This document shows positions 60,755 through 64,000 of a DNA stretch of 64,000 bases, piece after piece. The first letter of the stretch is position 1. The number at the start of each line of letters is the position of its first letter. This DNA is from Torpedo marmorata (lineage: Eukaryota): positions 7,688,001 through 7,752,000 of the forward strand of contig OZ360239.1 in assembly GCA_977017645.1 (NCBI GenBank), read 5' to 3'. Under the pieces are notes generated by a model that was not told the DNA's origin, searched no databases, and saw nothing but the letters and a program-made list of their open reading frames with translations. Both the position numbers and the translations under genes were made by a program.

Positions 60755-61060
60755 CCATGACCATGAAACCATTAGACATAGGAGCAAAGTTCGGCCAGCC
60801 AGCCCACCGAGTCTGCACCGTCATTCATTTCCTCTCAAATCCATTCTCCCGCCTTCTCCCCATAACATTTGATGCCGTTACTGATCAAGAACCTATCAAG
60901 ATCTATTTAAAATATATCAAATGACGGCCTCCGCAGCCGAATGTTGCAACGAATTCTACAGATTCACAACCCTCTGACTGAAGACATTTCTCCTCATCGC
61001 TGTTCTGAAGGGACGTCCTTTTACTCAAAACCTGCCCTCTCTGGTCCTAGATTCTCCTAC
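60755..61060 (-). mobile_element. CR1 3' fragment
   Basis: Parallels 2586-2890 and 8310-8590. Confidence 0.75.
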
Positions 61061-63479
61061 TATGCTGTATGTGCCGTCTGGTCCCAGACTCGTGGATGCT
61101 GCCTGACCCGCTACGTTCTTCCAGCTTCTCTTTGTTCATACAAGATTCCAGGATATGCAGCGTTGTGTTGCACTACATACGAGTGTACGTGTTGGGGGAA
61201 GGAGGGGGAACTCTGTTTATGATCATGTCCCTTTGTAAATGACGTTCAAATCAGTAACCCCAGAGTTAAATTTNNNNNNNNNNNNNNNNNNNNNNNNNNN
61301 NNNNNNNNNNNNNNNNNNNNNNNNNNNNNNNNNNNNNNNNNNNNNNNNNNNNNNNNNNNNNNNNNNNNNNNNNNNNNNNNNNNNNNNNNNNNNNNNNNNN
61401 NNNNNNNNNNNNNNNNNGGACCAGAGAGCCAGGAGAGAGAGAGAGAGACAGAGAGACCATGGAGTAATTGTCCTGTGTAGCCTAGAGCCAGAATTTGGGA
61501 TATTTTTATGTAAAGTATGAGATTCCAACGCCTCGGAGTTCAAAGTAAAACGTTCAGAAGCACATGCCATGGAGTAGACAGTGCTGTGGCTGGATTGAAA
61601 GAGCTCAGTGAAATCCCCAGACATACATCAAAGGGACGGCAATCTCGCTGAAGTGCAGGATAGAAACCGGGCAGATCAGACGCACGGTTTAAAGTGGTTA
61701 ATAGTTGCACCCCCCCCCCCGCCCGCCCACCAAAATGTTAAAAGTAATAATGTAGAGGAGAAGAAACGAGTTCCCCGAGCCAGTTTTCAAACCACGCAAT
61801 CTTCAAATCATGTCCAAAGTCAAGAGCGTCAAGGAAACCATTTTCTCCATGGAAGGTTAAGTGATCATGGGATGTCCTGTTAGAATCCAAACGATTTTTT
61901 TTTAGCGTGATACAAATAAGTAATTGGAAAAGGTAAAATCAGAGTAGTGGAAACCTCCAAGGCATCGATCTGAGGATTCTTTCGCCGCGCCCGCTCAAGC
62001 CTAATAAATGCTATGGTTCCATTAAACTATTGGTGCAACAATAAGATTAATGAATCACTCTCCATCTAAAATTACAGACGATTGTGTTGAAGGTTCATTT
62101 GAAATTCTAGTCCAATAAACTCTGGAAGCATCTCATTATCTAATTACAATGCTGTTAAATGCAATCTGCATCATAGTTATGAGACTCTACACAGTGCTAT
62201 GTGACAACTGTAGATAGATCCCATAGCATCTTGTAAAGGATCTTATTTGTGAGTCCACACGTATTTTATTGCACATCGTTTAGTTGCTAAATTTAATTTG
62301 TTTAATTTTATTTGCTTTAACTGCATCTTCTCCCAATTGACTGGACAGAACCAAAGGCCACTTCACTTAACTCTTCCTGGGATGGAGTCACAGTGGGAAT
62401 TTATCGCTGGTCTTTGATTATGAAGGGTATTGCACATGGCATTAAGGAATTCACGGGGCAAGGAAACAGGGTCGGTGAGCTAAAAAATCTTCCTGATTTG
62501 TCAAGAGCACATCCAGTTGTTTGATCTCCCATGGTAAGTGGCAAAGGATTTTAAAAACAGACCATCTTTCTTCTCGTCTGAAGTCATAACTTGAAAACAA
62601 CTGTCGTTCTGCAAATATCTCTCACCAAATGGAAGTATCCACTTGCCTTTCCGATTTATAGCTCCTCATTATGGATATCACGGAACGACATGCTTCAGAC
62701 TCGCCTGCAAGCTACCTTGAAGTAAACCGCAGCACCGAATTGCCGCAGGTTCCACATAGTGACTTCTTGGAGAACTTCTTGGAGCAATACAGTGTCTCAA
62801 ATTGTATATGAAGAAATTACATTACGATTAGTGATCAATACACAATTCTCACCTTGAAACAGGGTTTCGCAATAGAATTTCCGATGCCCCCAAAGAAAAA
62901 GAAAAAGACGCAGAGGCGACGGAAGTGAAATAGGACACATTTTCCAAATTATTATATTTATTATTAAGAGTGTTTTCCGATTTCATCCGTTTATTGTAAT
63001 TAATTGGTGAGTGAATTGATCGAACAAAGGTCAAAATAAAGTGCATTTTATTGATTAAACAGGGGGTTCAATAGTCCTTTTGTGAAATTAAAAACGTACG
63101 TTTATTTTCAGTTGGAATTGGAATTTTCTGGATTCAATGAAGAACTGATTGGACAATTGCAAATGTGAATGTTTATTACTGGTTGCGAATTGTCTCACCA
63201 TTGTTCATGAATGCCTCAGAAAGCTTCTTTAGTGGAGGAAATACTTCAAGGTTCCAGAACAAGTTCTACCTGCAGCCAAGGTGTTGCAGTACAATGGTAT
63301 CTACCTAACAAAGTGAAATACGCCCTCCCCCTTGTTATTACCTTCTTGGGTTCCCTGATCCCTCCGGCCCCATTCATTTTCGTTCCCCTCCCAGCCCTCT
63401 CGACCTGCCCGTCACCCACCCCTTCCTTCCTTTCGCTCCCCACCCCTTCCCTTCTTTCCACAGTCCTCTCCAATCAGAG

Positions 63480-63785
63480 TGCATTTTCCTAAGACCTCTG
63501 CCTCTTCCTCATCACCTCCTAGCTTCTTATATCATTCCCATTTCTTTCTCCCCCCACCCATCTTTTTTCCCCCTCCAACCTGCATTCACTATCACATGAC
63601 AGCTCCTGCTGTCCCCTCCACCATCTTTTTATCCTGGCTTCTGCCCTCTTTTTTCCCAGTCCTGATGAAGGTGTTTGGCCCGAAACGTTGACCGTCTATT
63701 GTCTACAATGAATACTGCCTGAGTTCCTCCATCATTTTGGACGTTGCTCCAGTTTTCCAGCATTTGCGGCCTTTCTTGTTTGCCA
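63480..63785 (+). mobile_element. Penelope 3' end: pyrimidine-rich UTR plus hammerhead-like terminus with canonical CTGATGA
   Basis: CCAGTCCTGATGAAGGTGTTTGGCCCGAAACGTTGACC..TGAGTTCCTCCA..TTCCAGCATTTGC. Confidence 0.75.
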
Positions 63786-64000
63786 GTGTGAACAAGGTTT
63801 CCCATGCCTCTAAATGCATGAAAAAAAATCAAAGTGTTAAAGTGAACCCGAGGTTGCTCCAAAGCAAACACGAATACAGCTGCACATACACACTTTTAAT
63901 CACTTTGCAAAGCATGAGAACTCCATTACAGAAAGAAGCACTTCCACAAGCAGCAAACCTACTACAAAGGAGTCTAACTCGTGGCTTACAATATTACCTC

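Overview
Vertebrate genomic DNA, almost certainly from a cartilaginous fish (shark/ray), inferred from the repeat content: HE1-like V-SINEs, CR1/HER1-like LINEs, Deu-SINE relics and abundant Penelope termini. The only host protein-coding gene is a two-exon NK2 homeobox gene on the minus strand, nkx2-3 (exon 1 46300-45988, exon 2 44622-43994, 313 aa). It sits in a repeat-poor, CpG-retaining zone of about 19 kb that contains several motif-dense candidate enhancers. The rest is a mosaic of transposon relics: one nearly complete dead CR1 LINE, many CR1 and Rex1/Babar 3' fragments, about 10 V-SINEs, hAT, Tigger-like and piggyBac-like MITEs, and a Chapaev3-like deletion derivative. The most unusual signal is a very dense family (more than 20 copies) of short Penelope-derived terminal elements carrying a minimal hammerhead-ribozyme-like motif. 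They occur as TSD-flanked ~140 bp monomers, fold-back palindromes and tandem pairs; one fold-back lies in the nkx2-3 intron and one just upstream of the promoter. All calls were made by eye: repeat boundaries are approximate unless a TSD is quoted, and family names are recalled rather than database-verified. The N runs look like masked simple repeats.
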